DNA of 64,000 nucleotides from a virus, in IMG/VR virus record IMGVR_UViG_3300042868_010004, positions 64,001-128,000 of that record. One strand, given 5' to 3'. The position numbers were made by a program, and so were the translations under genes. Below are positions 1 to 7,854 of the stretch, in pieces. The notes under the pieces were generated by a model, which was given only the letters and a program-made list of their open reading frames with translations, was not told the origin of the DNA and did no database searches. Every line of letters starts with the position of its first letter. Position 1 is the first letter of the stretch.

Positions 1-741
1 TATCCAACCGTAGATGAACAAATTCCGGGCTTTAACGTCCTTTCCTCTTCTTATAAACAATTCGTTTGGGACGATAGCGTTTCCGGCTCTACAGTTATTT
101 CCGGTGTATATCCAAGCGGAAATCAGACCTTGATTCAAAGGGGGCAGGATGGCCTCAAAGTTGATTATCAGAATGGTCGGATTTTAAGCACGGGCAATCT
201 CTCCTCTCCGTTATATTCGGGTGTTTTTTCACGAAAAGAATTTAATACCTATCTCACCAATGAGAGGGATCTGCCTTTGGTTTTCGAGAAAGTCATGGGC
301 AACAACCCGAATCTTGACGCCCCCGCAACGGGCATAGAACCGAATACCTATGCGGCTCCCTGCTGCATCATATCAATGTCGTCCTCTCAGAACGCCCCTT
401 TTGCTTTCGGTGGAATGGACCAAACAGATGTTACGGCTAGAGTTTTGATTGTATCAAAGGATATGTGGCAAATGGACGGGATACTTTCGATCTTCCGTGA
501 TTCAAATAACTTAAAAATTCCATTAATTCCAGCCTCTGGTCTTCCGTTGGATTTTTATGGAGACCTCAAGTTTAACTATAACTATCGGGAATTATTCAAT
601 CAATTTTGCGGAAATGGCTTTTATGTTGATAAAGTTATAGCCTCAAAAGTCTCCGAACGGACAAATAAAAATTCAACCTACTTCGTCTCCTCTTTGGAGT
701 TTCAATTAGCATCTTTCCGCTACCCCCGCTCAGACCTATAA
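1..741 (+). CDS. Virion tail completion/terminator-like protein (5' truncated)
   Basis: Frame is open from base 1 (YPTVDEQIPGFNVLSSSYKQFVWDDS...) to the stop at 739-741. Lies directly before the tube gene; function inferred from position. Confidence 0.5.
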   Translation, partial: YPTVDEQIPGFNVLSSSYKQFVWDDSVSGSTVISGVYPSGNQTLIQRGQDGLKVDYQNGRILSTGNLSSPLYSGVFSRKEFNTYLTNERDLPLVFEKVMGNNPNLDAPATGIEPNTYAAPCCIISMSSSQNAPFAFGGMDQTDVTARVLIVSKDMWQMDGILSIFRDSNNLKIPLIPASGLPLDFYGDLKFNYNYRELFNQFCGNGFYVDKVIASKVSERTNKNSTYFVSSLEFQLASFRYPRSDL

Positions 742-767
742 TTATTTTTCTCTTTCGTTCTGAGAAA

Positions 768-773
768 GTGTAA
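768..773 (+). promoter_or_regulatory. GTGTAA candidate phage late-promoter motif
   Basis: Same hexamer in intergenic DNA before late genes at 768, 2734, 6966, 8118, 10351, 18097, 20084, 22456, 55897, 58468 and (minus) 38352-38357. Confidence 0.55.
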
Positions 774-855
774 ACCCTCACTAGGCAATTAGTTTTTATT
801 CTGTCTGTTTCCCCATTTTTTAAACTCCGTCCAACAATAAGCCCAATCCAATCTT

Positions 856-1920
856 ATGTCATTCAATCGTAGAATTTCCCAAACTCAGGGTCTTTTCGTT
901 TCCCCCACTGGTGTCGCTGGTGTTACTGGTGTCGCTCAAATCTCCCGCGTTCAATCCGTGAATGATGGCTGGGAACTCAATCGTCAGAACGTCAATCAGT
1001 TCGGTCAACTTGCCGCTCTTTCCCGCGAGATTGTTGATGCCCCCACCGTCAATCTTTCCTTCTCTTATTATGTTACCGATGGTGCCGATGAAGAGCGTCT
1101 TGGTTTTGATATTGATGGCGTGAATGGCGCTCTTACTAATATTCTCAATAAGACCCAATCTGAGAAAAATTATTACATTCCCACCGTCCCCGAAGGCGAG
1201 GATCTTGCTGGTGAAGCTGTCGCGAGCATTGTTGATACCCGCGCTATCGGCAACGGTTTCGTATCTTCCTATTCTGTCGAAGGCTCTGTTGGTGGTTTCC
1301 TCACTGCGAATGTCTCTGTTGAAGCCTCTAATGCGGCCTATCACCTTGGCGGCTCTGGCAACCCCAATCCCGCGATTGATCCCCTTGATGGCGACGCCCT
1401 TTCCGGCACTTATACCCTTCCCGTTGGTGTGACTGGTGATGCAGGTCAGCCCATCGTTCTGAAACAAGGCGATCTCAGCCTAAATTTCGGTTCTATTGAT
1501 ACTATCGGTGCGACACTGACCGGTCTTGGTGCCGCCCACATTCAGTCATTCAATCTCAACATCCCGATGGGCCGCGAGCAGCTTCAGCGCCTTGGCAACC
1601 GTTATGCTTATGACCGTCCGCTGACCTTCCCAATTGATGTCACTCTGTCTGTCTCTGCCTTCGTCAATCAGTTGAATACCGGTTCCCTCGCCGAACTGTA
1701 TTGCGGTGACAACAAACATAATATTTCAATCGTTGCTAACAACTCCTGTATTGGTGGCGGGACCGCCGAGATGGTTTACACTCTGAAGGGTGCGACTCTG
1801 GATGCCAAATCCTTCACTTCCTCCATTGGCCCGGCTCAGACTGTCGATCTGACATTTACGGCCTCGGTTGGTGGTCCGAATGATGCAATTAATAACATTC
1901 TGTTCTCTGGCTCCGCCTAA
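856..1920 (+). CDS. Major tail tube protein
   Basis: 354 aa, G/S/T/V-rich beta-type sequence (RVQSVN...NRQNVNQFGQLA...PTVNLSFSYY). Own terminator; sits upstream of chaperones and tape measure. Confidence 0.75.
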   Translation: MSFNRRISQTQGLFVSPTGVAGVTGVAQISRVQSVNDGWELNRQNVNQFGQLAALSREIVDAPTVNLSFSYYVTDGADEERLGFDIDGVNGALTNILNKTQSEKNYYIPTVPEGEDLAGEAVASIVDTRAIGNGFVSSYSVEGSVGGFLTANVSVEASNAAYHLGGSGNPNPAIDPLDGDALSGTYTLPVGVTGDAGQPIVLKQGDLSLNFGSIDTIGATLTGLGAAHIQSFNLNIPMGREQLQRLGNRYAYDRPLTFPIDVTLSVSAFVNQLNTGSLAELYCGDNKHNISIVANNSCIGGGTAEMVYTLKGATLDAKSFTSSIGPAQTVDLTFTASVGGPNDAINNILFSGSA

Positions 1921-1943
1921 TAAGGAAAATAAAATTCATAATT

Positions 1944-1978
1944 AACCCATTCAGGTTTTTCTGAGTGGGTTTTTTATT
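1944..1978 (+). terminator. Rho-independent terminator
   Basis: AACCCATTCAG / CTGAGTGGGTT stem followed by a T tract, right after the tube gene. Confidence 0.85.
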
Positions 1979-2011
1979 GACTAAAAAGGAGGAAATTGTC
2001 ATAATCTTTAT

Positions 2012-2266
2012 ATGTCTAATGAATCCAAGCAGTCTATCATTCGTTTTTCCGCCGATGCCGCTAAAGATTATATCTGTCTGACTCTAGCGGATGGCCGGGT
2101 ATTTGAAGGTCGGAAGGCCATGAGGGACGTTCAGGTATCTTGGAAGCGGCACTTTGATTCCTATATGGGGTGGATTTCCGTAGAGGATAAAGTGTGGTTT
2201 GATGAAGGCCGGGCAGAACGACTTTACAACGAGCGGATGATTGCCAAGGGTGTCTTTACTTTTTGA
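2012..2266 (+). CDS. Hypothetical protein
   Basis: 84-aa ORF with ATG, preceded by a sigma70-like TTGACT-N17-CATAAT from 1977. Confidence 0.7.
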   Translation: MSNESKQSIIRFSADAAKDYICLTLADGRVFEGRKAMRDVQVSWKRHFDSYMGWISVEDKVWFDEGRAERLYNERMIAKGVFTF

Positions 2267-2443
2267 AACTTTGCTCTTGACTAATCCTTAAAGATTTTAA
2301 ATACTATCTTTGTTAGGCGCTTGGAGCCTAATTGTTCTTTGTCCGTAAAGTTGTTAGTAGAAAACGCTCAGAACTTTACCGCTAATAACGGTCATTTGAA
2401 AGCAACAAGCGCCCCAAAGGTCCAATCCCGATGGGGCTATTTT

Positions 2444-2713
2444 ATGAATCTTAATCGCTTCTCCATTCTAAACAGACTCAATCAGGAACAGATAAAGGAA
2501 TTATCCGAATCTTTCGGGTTTTCCTACTCTGAATTTCGTGAGGCCACAACCGGAAGGTATTTTAATGAAAAAATTTGCGATAAGATATGCAAGATGCTAG
2601 GCTATCGTCAGTGGTATCCGAAGTATTGGCCGAAGAATATGCCATATAACGGTTTAATGAATAAGGAAATGGGTAAAAAAATTCAAAAAAGAAAAGAAAA
2701 AGCAAAAAAGTAA
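2444..2713 (+). CDS. Small basic protein, possible HTH (Ner/Cro-like)
   Basis: ATG at 2444 preferred over TTG 2321. Helical LSESFGFSYSEFREATTG...KICKMLG pattern and Lys-rich tail; HTH call is tentative. Confidence 0.5.
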   Translation: MNLNRFSILNRLNQEQIKELSESFGFSYSEFREATTGRYFNEKICDKICKMLGYRQWYPKYWPKNMPYNGLMNKEMGKKIQKRKEKAKK

Positions 2714-2739
2714 TTCTAGAATATCGTTCTTTCGTGTAA

Positions 2740-3480
2740 AATATTGATAAGGTCCGATAAAAGCGTGAAAAAACGCTACAATTGCGCCAGCCTCTAACGG
2801 GATTTCCCACAATGCAGTTTGTGCCCGGACCAGCGCACTTTTGGTAAAACGGTTTACCGATGGGAGTAAGCAGCCTACTTAATTAAAGGGCGGACGTAAA
2901 AATCCGCGCAGGACCGAAGCAAATGTGGGCGAGACCGGTAGAGATTCAATCTCGCCGCCTTTTTCAGTGGCCCTTTGGGGTAATAGTCTCGCTTTTCGAA
3001 AGAAAGATTGGGCTGATGGGCGTAGTCCTAATTCACCACCCCGCTAGGGTGGATTGTGGACTTTTGGGACAGTAAAACAAAAGAGGTTCGTCGTTTGTGC
3101 TAACATGAATTAAAAAAAATGTATTTGTTGGCGAAAAAACCTGTTTTTGAGACAATCCGGCAAAGCCGGACAATCACCAAACGGGTAACTTCCAACAGTG
3201 GCAACTTTTTGAGTTAGCCCAATGAAGACCCAGAGCAAAACAAAACTTTTTCCGAGCAAAAAGATTTTCTTTTGATTTTCGCAAAGCCTCAAATTTCAAT
3301 CACCGCAAAAGTCTTTTCCAAAACCCGGCGAAACGAAAACGGCAAGCTCTGTCTAACGTTTAATCTTACCGAATTCGGTATCTTTAACGATCAATAAGAA
3401 AACGATTGTCGTTAAGAACGAATCAAAATCATTTGATAGTTTCTGCCGACCTATCGGTGTGTTTGACTATCATATTTCAA
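2740..3480 (+). ncRNA. Candidate large structured ncRNA or cruciform-rich control region
   Basis: No credible ORF, more than ten short and long-range helices, GTGTAA motif at 2734 just upstream. Confidence 0.5.
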
Positions 3481-3493
3481 CGATTGTATTTAG

Positions 3494-3543
3494 CCCCACA
3501 CCCCCCTACCCCCCCTCGCCCGTTTTGGCCCGCGCCGCCCGCC
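3494..3543 (-). other. G-tract cluster (G-quadruplex-capable; contains GGGTAGGG)
   Basis: Plus-strand C runs at 3494-97, 3501-06, 3509-15, 3519-21, 3529-31, 3538-40. Confidence 0.6.
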
Positions 3544-3554
3544 GAAATTCGCTC

Positions 3555-3583
3555 TTGACTTTTTTGCGAAAATCTTGAACAAT
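3555..3583 (+). promoter_or_regulatory. Sigma70-like promoter reading into the cassette array
   Basis: TTGACT-N17-AACAAT followed by ATG at 3593. Confidence 0.45.
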
Positions 3584-3592
3584 ACCCAAATC

Positions 3593-3847
3593 ATGACAAC
3601 CAATCCAAATTCTAATTCAGATCTAACGTCAAAGATGAGCGAGACGGATGATTGGCACTGGACGTGCGTAAGCACGGACTGTGACAAGCATACGGCTTCG
3701 CTCCATCGCTTTGTTAGGCTTCTTTTTTTTAATTTTTCTGATAAAACGGAAAAAATTAGCGAGGACCGTTCCGTTTCAATTCAGCTATCTGAGCAAGAAT
3801 ACCATCAAAGATTGGATGCACTGTCTCGCCTTCCTCCTGAACTTTAA
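3593..3847 (+). CDS. Possible ORF translated through attC1 (...LHRFVRLL...)
   Basis: ATG just after a sigma70-like promoter; overlaps the minus-strand gene by 92 nt. Confidence 0.3.
   Translation: MTTNPNSNSDLTSKMSETDDWHWTCVSTDCDKHTASLHRFVRLLFFNFSDKTEKISEDRSVSIQLSEQEYHQRLDALSRLPPEL
3621..3719 (-). repeat. attC site 1 (99 bp)
   Basis: Plus strand ATCTAAC...GATGAGCGA...TCGCTCCATC...GTTAGGC: R boxes, L boxes with one extra base, central CGTGC/GCACG hairpin. Confidence 0.8.
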
Positions 3848-4046
3848 TGGAAAACACAACGGTAAGAACCGAACCTTTCTTCGGCTGAATATTCTTTTCT
3901 TTTAATGTCTGCTCTATGGCAAGAATCGCACCATCAATTGAAAGATCATGTGGGGCGACGACTCTCCAAACCCCCTCGGTTACTGGGTCGATTAGCTCAA
4001 CCACATTTGGAGCCTTCTTTGTGAACTGAAACTTTAAGTTACTCAT
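3756..4046 (-). CDS. Cassette hypothetical protein (paralog A)
   Basis: 96 aa from MSNLKFQF; stop lies 36 nt before attC1. Confidence 0.65.
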   Translation of the reverse strand: MSNLKFQFTKKAPNVVELIDPVTEGVWRVVAPHDLSIDGAILAIEQTLKEKNIQPKKGSVLTVVFSIKVQEEGETVHPIFDGILAQIAELKRNGPR

Positions 4047-4061
4047 TTTTCTGATTTTTCT

Positions 4062-4337
4062 ATGATTACTAATACAAACAAAGTAAATTCCGACCAACAA
4101 CCCGACTACTCCGATAACCTAGTTGATACCGGAGTTAGAATGTGCCGGGACGACGAAAATAAATCCCTCACCGTATCCGTGGATGAATCCACTTTCACTA
4201 TTCCCTTTTCCTTTCTTGAATCTGTCGTAACAGGCTTAATTCTTCAGGGCTGGGCAGGCCGTGTGCTGCCACCTGATTATCTGGATCAACTTTTAATATC
4301 ACTACCGGCGGGAGGTAAGGATCTATTCCGTCCCTGA
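4062..4337 (+). CDS. Possible hypothetical protein, convergent with 4198-4485
   Basis: 91-aa ATG ORF with protein-like composition; 140-nt 3' overlap with the minus gene. Confidence 0.35.
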   Translation: MITNTNKVNSDQQPDYSDNLVDTGVRMCRDDENKSLTVSVDESTFTIPFSFLESVVTGLILQGWAGRVLPPDYLDQLLISLPAGGKDLFRP

Positions 4338-4485
4338 TGCGCTTGCTTCTGAAATCGACTACCGCTTTCTTAGCGGACTCAAAAGATAGTTCATGATCAG
4401 AGAATACCCAATATGTGATTTTTAGTCCGGGGTCACGGACACCGATCATGTGTTTTGGTGGAACCTCTTTGATGAAGTCGCTCAT
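4198..4485 (-). CDS. Cassette hypothetical protein (paralog B)
   Basis: 95 aa; shares a DP..W.V...H(D/E)LS...A..A pattern with 3756-4046. Confidence 0.65.
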   Translation of the reverse strand: MSDFIKEVPPKHMIGVRDPGLKITYWVFSDHELSFESAKKAVVDFRSKRIRDGIDPYLPPVVILKVDPDNQVAAHGLPSPEELSLLRQIQERKRE

Positions 4486-4562
4486 GGTAATAATTTTTTA
4501 ATTTATGAATAACGCTAACGAAAAACAAATCGGCGCGGAAGCGCCTTCTGATGGCTCGGTGT

Positions 4563-4660
4563 GCCTAACGCCCCAGCCTACCCATGACACTGATTGGCAC
4601 GAATCGTGCGCAGCACGAGGCGTGACAAGCAGGGGCATTGGGTGCGGCGCTTCGTTAGGC
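4563..4660 (-). repeat. attC site 2 (98 bp)
   Basis: GCCTAAC...GCCTACCCA...TGGGTGCGGC...GTTAGGC. Internal TGATTGGCAC, CGTGCG.AGCACG and GTGACAAGC are shared with attC1. Confidence 0.8.
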
Positions 4661-4706
4661 TCTTTTTTGGCTTCCGGATTCGTTTATCAAGTGCTGCACT
4701 GCCTTT

Positions 4707-5138
4707 TCAGACCTTTTTACTATTTCCGTCTTGTTCGGTGGTTTGTAAGTCTGAATCCGACCATTCATCATTTTCTCCTTTTGTGTCAGGCGTCGGCAAT
4801 ATGTCGGGGTAACTCTCAATCGGCCTTGGCGTGTATAAATAATCCGAATTCTCCGGGCAAGATAGCCTTTTATTCAAATTATACGTTACCGTTGCCATAT
4901 CCAAAGAACGAAAAAATGGATGCCAAGGCTTGGGGGCCTCTGCCATCAATCTCCCACCAAACTCCCACACAAGACAAACTGTGCCCGCAATCCCAGCATT
5001 TGCCGCGCAAATCTGTATAAAAATCTTGGTTTCAAGCATATCTTTCGCGGTGGCATTTTGTGCCCACCGTCCATTCAGAGGAACTATAATCATTTGCTGA
5101 CCACGAACATTCAAATGCGCTATATTGTAATTCTTCAT
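4707..5138 (-). CDS. Cassette hypothetical protein
   Basis: 143 aa with a (N/D)IAHL..GQQMIIVPL...GLAGTV..VW..GG...APxPWHPFF-type pattern recalled from uncharacterised bacterial proteins; ends 46 nt before attC2. Confidence 0.7.
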   Translation of the reverse strand: MKNYNIAHLNVRGQQMIIVPLNGRWAQNATAKDMLETKIFIQICAANAGIAGTVCLVWEFGGRLMAEAPKPWHPFFRSLDMATVTYNLNKRLSCPENSDYLYTPRPIESYPDILPTPDTKGENDEWSDSDLQTTEQDGNSKKV

Positions 5139-5205
5139 ATTGTAAGATAGATGAATAAAATTCAGTAAATTAGCAGGATTGCGTCCGAAACCAATAAAAC
5201 TCTGG

Positions 5206-6630
5206 CTATAATCTATCTAGATCAGCTAGAATCTCTCTTGGTGCCGCGCCATTCTCGGGTCCGACAATTCCGTTCTCCTCCAATAAATCCATGATCTGCG
5301 CCGCTCGATTATATCCAATCCTGAGGCGGCGCTGAAGAGTCGAGGTTGATGCCCGCTGAGTAGCCTTAAGAATATTCAGCGCCTTGTTGTATAATAAAAC
5401 ATCATCCAGATCTTCTCCTTCATCATCCACTTCGTCCAAATCATCTTCCTCGGAAGAGTCATCGAACTGTATAGCTCTATTTATTAAATCAGATTTGCTC
5501 TCGGTTTCTGAGCGGACGAGAACCCCCAGAACCATCGCAAGCAAATCATCTACATCGTGAATCTTCGAAACTTGGGAAGAAACCACAGCTTCGTCATCAA
5601 AAAGTCGCGCACTTAGCCGGGAATGAATCCCTTTCGGATGAAGTAGAAAAACATTCGCGGAGGAAGCCAATGCTTGGGCTGATTTCGTGAAAATTCCGGT
5701 GCTAATAACTGCGGCAAAATCAGCCTTCTCAAACTCTCTTCCCGCAATGATTTCTTGAACGGCTGAGTTCCCGACACTGTTAGCGTATCGTTTGCACTGA
5801 ACCACAAGTTTAACTCTCGGCGTCGTCGCAATAACATCAATTCCTTGATCCCCGCTCCCCGATGTGGTTCGTGTAGTCCAACCCGAGCGAGAAAGTTCGT
5901 TAGCGCATTCTCTCTCGAAACTGATGGGATCAAGCTCGGCCCATTCAAACTCCGCGCTTTCTGCCTTACCCCAGCATGACGAAGCAAAGTCAATAATGCG
6001 AAATACTCTATTGTATGTTGATTCTACACTTTTTACTGATCGCAGAGAATCAAATTCCTTACTGCTTCCACCTACTAAAAAATGAAGGATGAAATAATTA
6101 ATCTCTGCGTCCCATTCCTCTCGAATCTGTCTCCCATAATGATCAACGCGCAAAAGCTGGGATCTTCTTAGGCTCAGTGTGGGCAAATGATGAACCAACG
6201 GGGGCCTGATTAAATCAATGATTTTTAGTAACTCGATTTCGGTTCGCTCTTTTTCGGCTTTAGCTCTTTCAAGCAGTTCAATCTTTCTTTCCTTTTCTCT
6301 GCTCAATCTCAAAGACTCAAATTCGATTTTCTTCGCCTCTCGCCTGATAGTATCCAGAGACAATCCATCAAGGAAATGATTCAATTGCTCCGCCGTGAAT
6401 TTAAATTTTGTGAGATCTGCCAGCTCTCGGTTAGCTTCCTCAACAAAATACTCTAACGTTACACCGGGAAGGTCTCGGAATGCTTTTAACGAATCCCGCC
6501 ATACCATCTCTTGCTCCTTGGTGATTACTGTGACGACCGGGGCGGGCTTCTCACTCTTCTTGGTCTGACACTTATGACACGTTTGGGCGTCATCCCAGTT
6601 CTGAACGTTGCAGCATGGACAGTTCCACAT
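5206..6630 (-). CDS. RanBP2-type zinc finger / Mrr-like restriction endonuclease / FtsK gamma-domain fusion
   Basis: WNCPCCNVQN..TCHKC; FERECA..GSGDQGIDV..VQCKRY..VGNSAVQEI (Mrr_cat PD-(D/E)xK); ASTSTLQRRLRIGYNRAAQIMDLLEENGIVGP..PREIL (FtsK gamma wHTH). Confidence 0.85.
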   Translation of the reverse strand: MWNCPCCNVQNWDDAQTCHKCQTKKSEKPAPVVTVITKEQEMVWRDSLKAFRDLPGVTLEYFVEEANRELADLTKFKFTAEQLNHFLDGLSLDTIRREAKKIEFESLRLSREKERKIELLERAKAEKERTEIELLKIIDLIRPPLVHHLPTLSLRRSQLLRVDHYGRQIREEWDAEINYFILHFLVGGSSKEFDSLRSVKSVESTYNRVFRIIDFASSCWGKAESAEFEWAELDPISFERECANELSRSGWTTRTTSGSGDQGIDVIATTPRVKLVVQCKRYANSVGNSAVQEIIAGREFEKADFAAVISTGIFTKSAQALASSANVFLLHPKGIHSRLSARLFDDEAVVSSQVSKIHDVDDLLAMVLGVLVRSETESKSDLINRAIQFDDSSEEDDLDEVDDEGEDLDDVLLYNKALNILKATQRASTSTLQRRLRIGYNRAAQIMDLLEENGIVGPENGAAPREILADLDRL

Positions 6631-6706
6631 GGTGTTGAGCTAGGCAAAATGCCAATTTTTCGTAAAGCGAAAATCTATTTTTCTTTGGCTGCGGTGATGT
6701 GAGCGA

Positions 6707-6900
6707 GGCGAACGGTAGAATTAAAAAACCTTTGGCTGCGCACTTTTGCGCGGCAGCGCAATCTGGAATTAGATAGCTGGGCTTCGCCCGGCGTCGATTT
6801 CGTGTGTGGTGCCTAGCATGGGTCGTGCGTAGCACGACTGATGCGTAGCACGGTTGTTTGTGGTTTGTTGGCTCGAAAAACGACTTTGTGACCGTTCGGC
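6707..6900 (-). repeat. Long degenerate or composite attC-like site
   Basis: GGCGAACGGT ... ACCGTTCGGC termini, with GTCGTGC-GTA-GCACGAC hairpin at 6822-6838 partly duplicated at 6842-6852. Confidence 0.5.
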
Positions 6901-6980
6901 GCAAGCCGATTTAAGGGAACAATGTCGTGGATTGGGGGATCGTTTTTCTCTTTTTCCGAAGATCGGTGTAACCCAAGGAA

Positions 6981-7316
6981 ATGGATTCCAAGTATGAGCT
7001 AACTAGAGAAGATTTCGAAAATCATTTCGCTAGATTCTCAGAAGAGGAGCGAAAGCGTATAATTTCCTTTCTGGAAAAGACTCAATATACCCCACCACTT
7101 TCTTCATTCTTTCTTCGTCCGACATCAGCTCCTTGGTCCATTTTCCCTCTAGCTCTCTCGCGATTCTTTCACTATTTATTTTGGCATAAGCTGATTTCAA
7201 CCAATCTCCGAAATCGTCTAGACCAGTGGCAAAAGCGTAGATATGAGCGTATTCATGGTAAACCACCTGAAGGGGACAATTTCCTGAAGACTTTATTAGA
7301 GTGGGGCGCAGACTGA
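6981..7316 (+). CDS. Possible hypothetical protein antisense to the HExxH gene
   Basis: 111-aa ATG ORF with GTGTAA 9 nt upstream, the same spacing as at gene 18112. Confidence 0.45.
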   Translation: MDSKYELTREDFENHFARFSEEERKRIISFLEKTQYTPPLSSFFLRPTSAPWSIFPLALSRFFHYLFWHKLISTNLRNRLDQWQKRRYERIHGKPPEGDNFLKTLLEWGAD

Positions 7317-7485
7317 TTGTATCTCCGATTGCTCCCGCGATACTGACCGGCTGATTATCACTGGCGAAAACCTTAATACCTTCGGGATACTTTTGAAGTA
7401 TAGCCGATTGAACCTCGCCCGGCAACGTATCGAATAACTGGCGGGCCAGATTTTCTAGATTGGTGTATTCGTGAGGGGGCGGCAT
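7030..7485 (-). CDS. Cassette protein with HExxH zinc-metallopeptidase-like motif
   Basis: VVYHEYAHIY; begins 65 nt after minus-strand GTTAGGC at 7557-7551. Confidence 0.6.
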   Translation of the reverse strand: MPPPHEYTNLENLARQLFDTLPGEVQSAILQKYPEGIKVFASDNQPVSIAGAIGDTISLRPTLIKSSGNCPLQVVYHEYAHIYAFATGLDDFGDWLKSAYAKINSERIARELEGKWTKELMSDEERMKKVVGYIESFPERKLYAFAPLLRI

Positions 7486-7550
7486 GGTTTTTGGGGCGAG
7501 TGGCTGGCGCGGAGCATGCGAATAAGGAAATAGATTGGGTGGGTTGGTTT

Positions 7551-7577
7551 GCCTAACGCTCAAGGTGAGCGAGACGG
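7551..7577 (-). repeat. attC half-site (L'-R')
   Basis: GCCTAACGCTCAAGGTGAGCGAGACGG matches the attC1 arm ATCTAACGTCAAAGATGAGCGAGACGG. Confidence 0.7.
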
Positions 7578-7608
7578 GATAAGTCTTATTTTGTTTTTGT
7601 TTTGGTAT

Positions 7609-7716
7609 GCCTAACGCCCCCTATCAGCCATGCAGCCCCAATCTTTCGGTCCTATGAATAACTCCTCGCGAAAAATTGTAACGGCTATATGCATTGGCTG
7701 CATAGGTTTGTTAGGC
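7609..7716 (-). repeat. attC site 3 (108 bp)
   Basis: GCCTAAC GCC CCTATCAGCCA ... TGGCTGCATAGG TTT GTTAGGC, with the extra base on the same arm as attC1. Confidence 0.8.
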
Positions 7717-7854
7717 TCATTTTTTATTTTTCTTCTTTCTTTAGGACTACATCCAGTTCTAGCGGCTTTATTGGCGCTAGGGGGATCAGTAAGTGTGTCT
7801 GGCTTGACGTTTGTGGCGATTGGAATATGGGGGCCACCTGAATGGATGCTCTAG
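7630..7854 (+). CDS. Possible small membrane protein starting inside attC3
   Basis: 74 aa with two hydrophobic segments; ATG lies in the attC loop. Confidence 0.35.
   Translation: MQPQSFGPMNNSSRKIVTAICIGCIGLLGSFFIFLLSLGLHPVLAALLALGGSVSVSGLTFVAIGIWGPPEWML

Noticed and set aside
859-1467. Minus ORF over the tube gene and similar shadow ORFs in the tape measure, GT and nrdJ genes
   Set aside because: Fully nested in strong genes with no motifs.
2880-3030. Group I intron reading of the structured region (AATCCGC.CAG, GAGAC, TAGTC resemble Q/R/S)
   Set aside because: No interrupted gene, P7 would need a mismatch or insertion, and no convincing P3/P5; kept only as an unclassified RNA.
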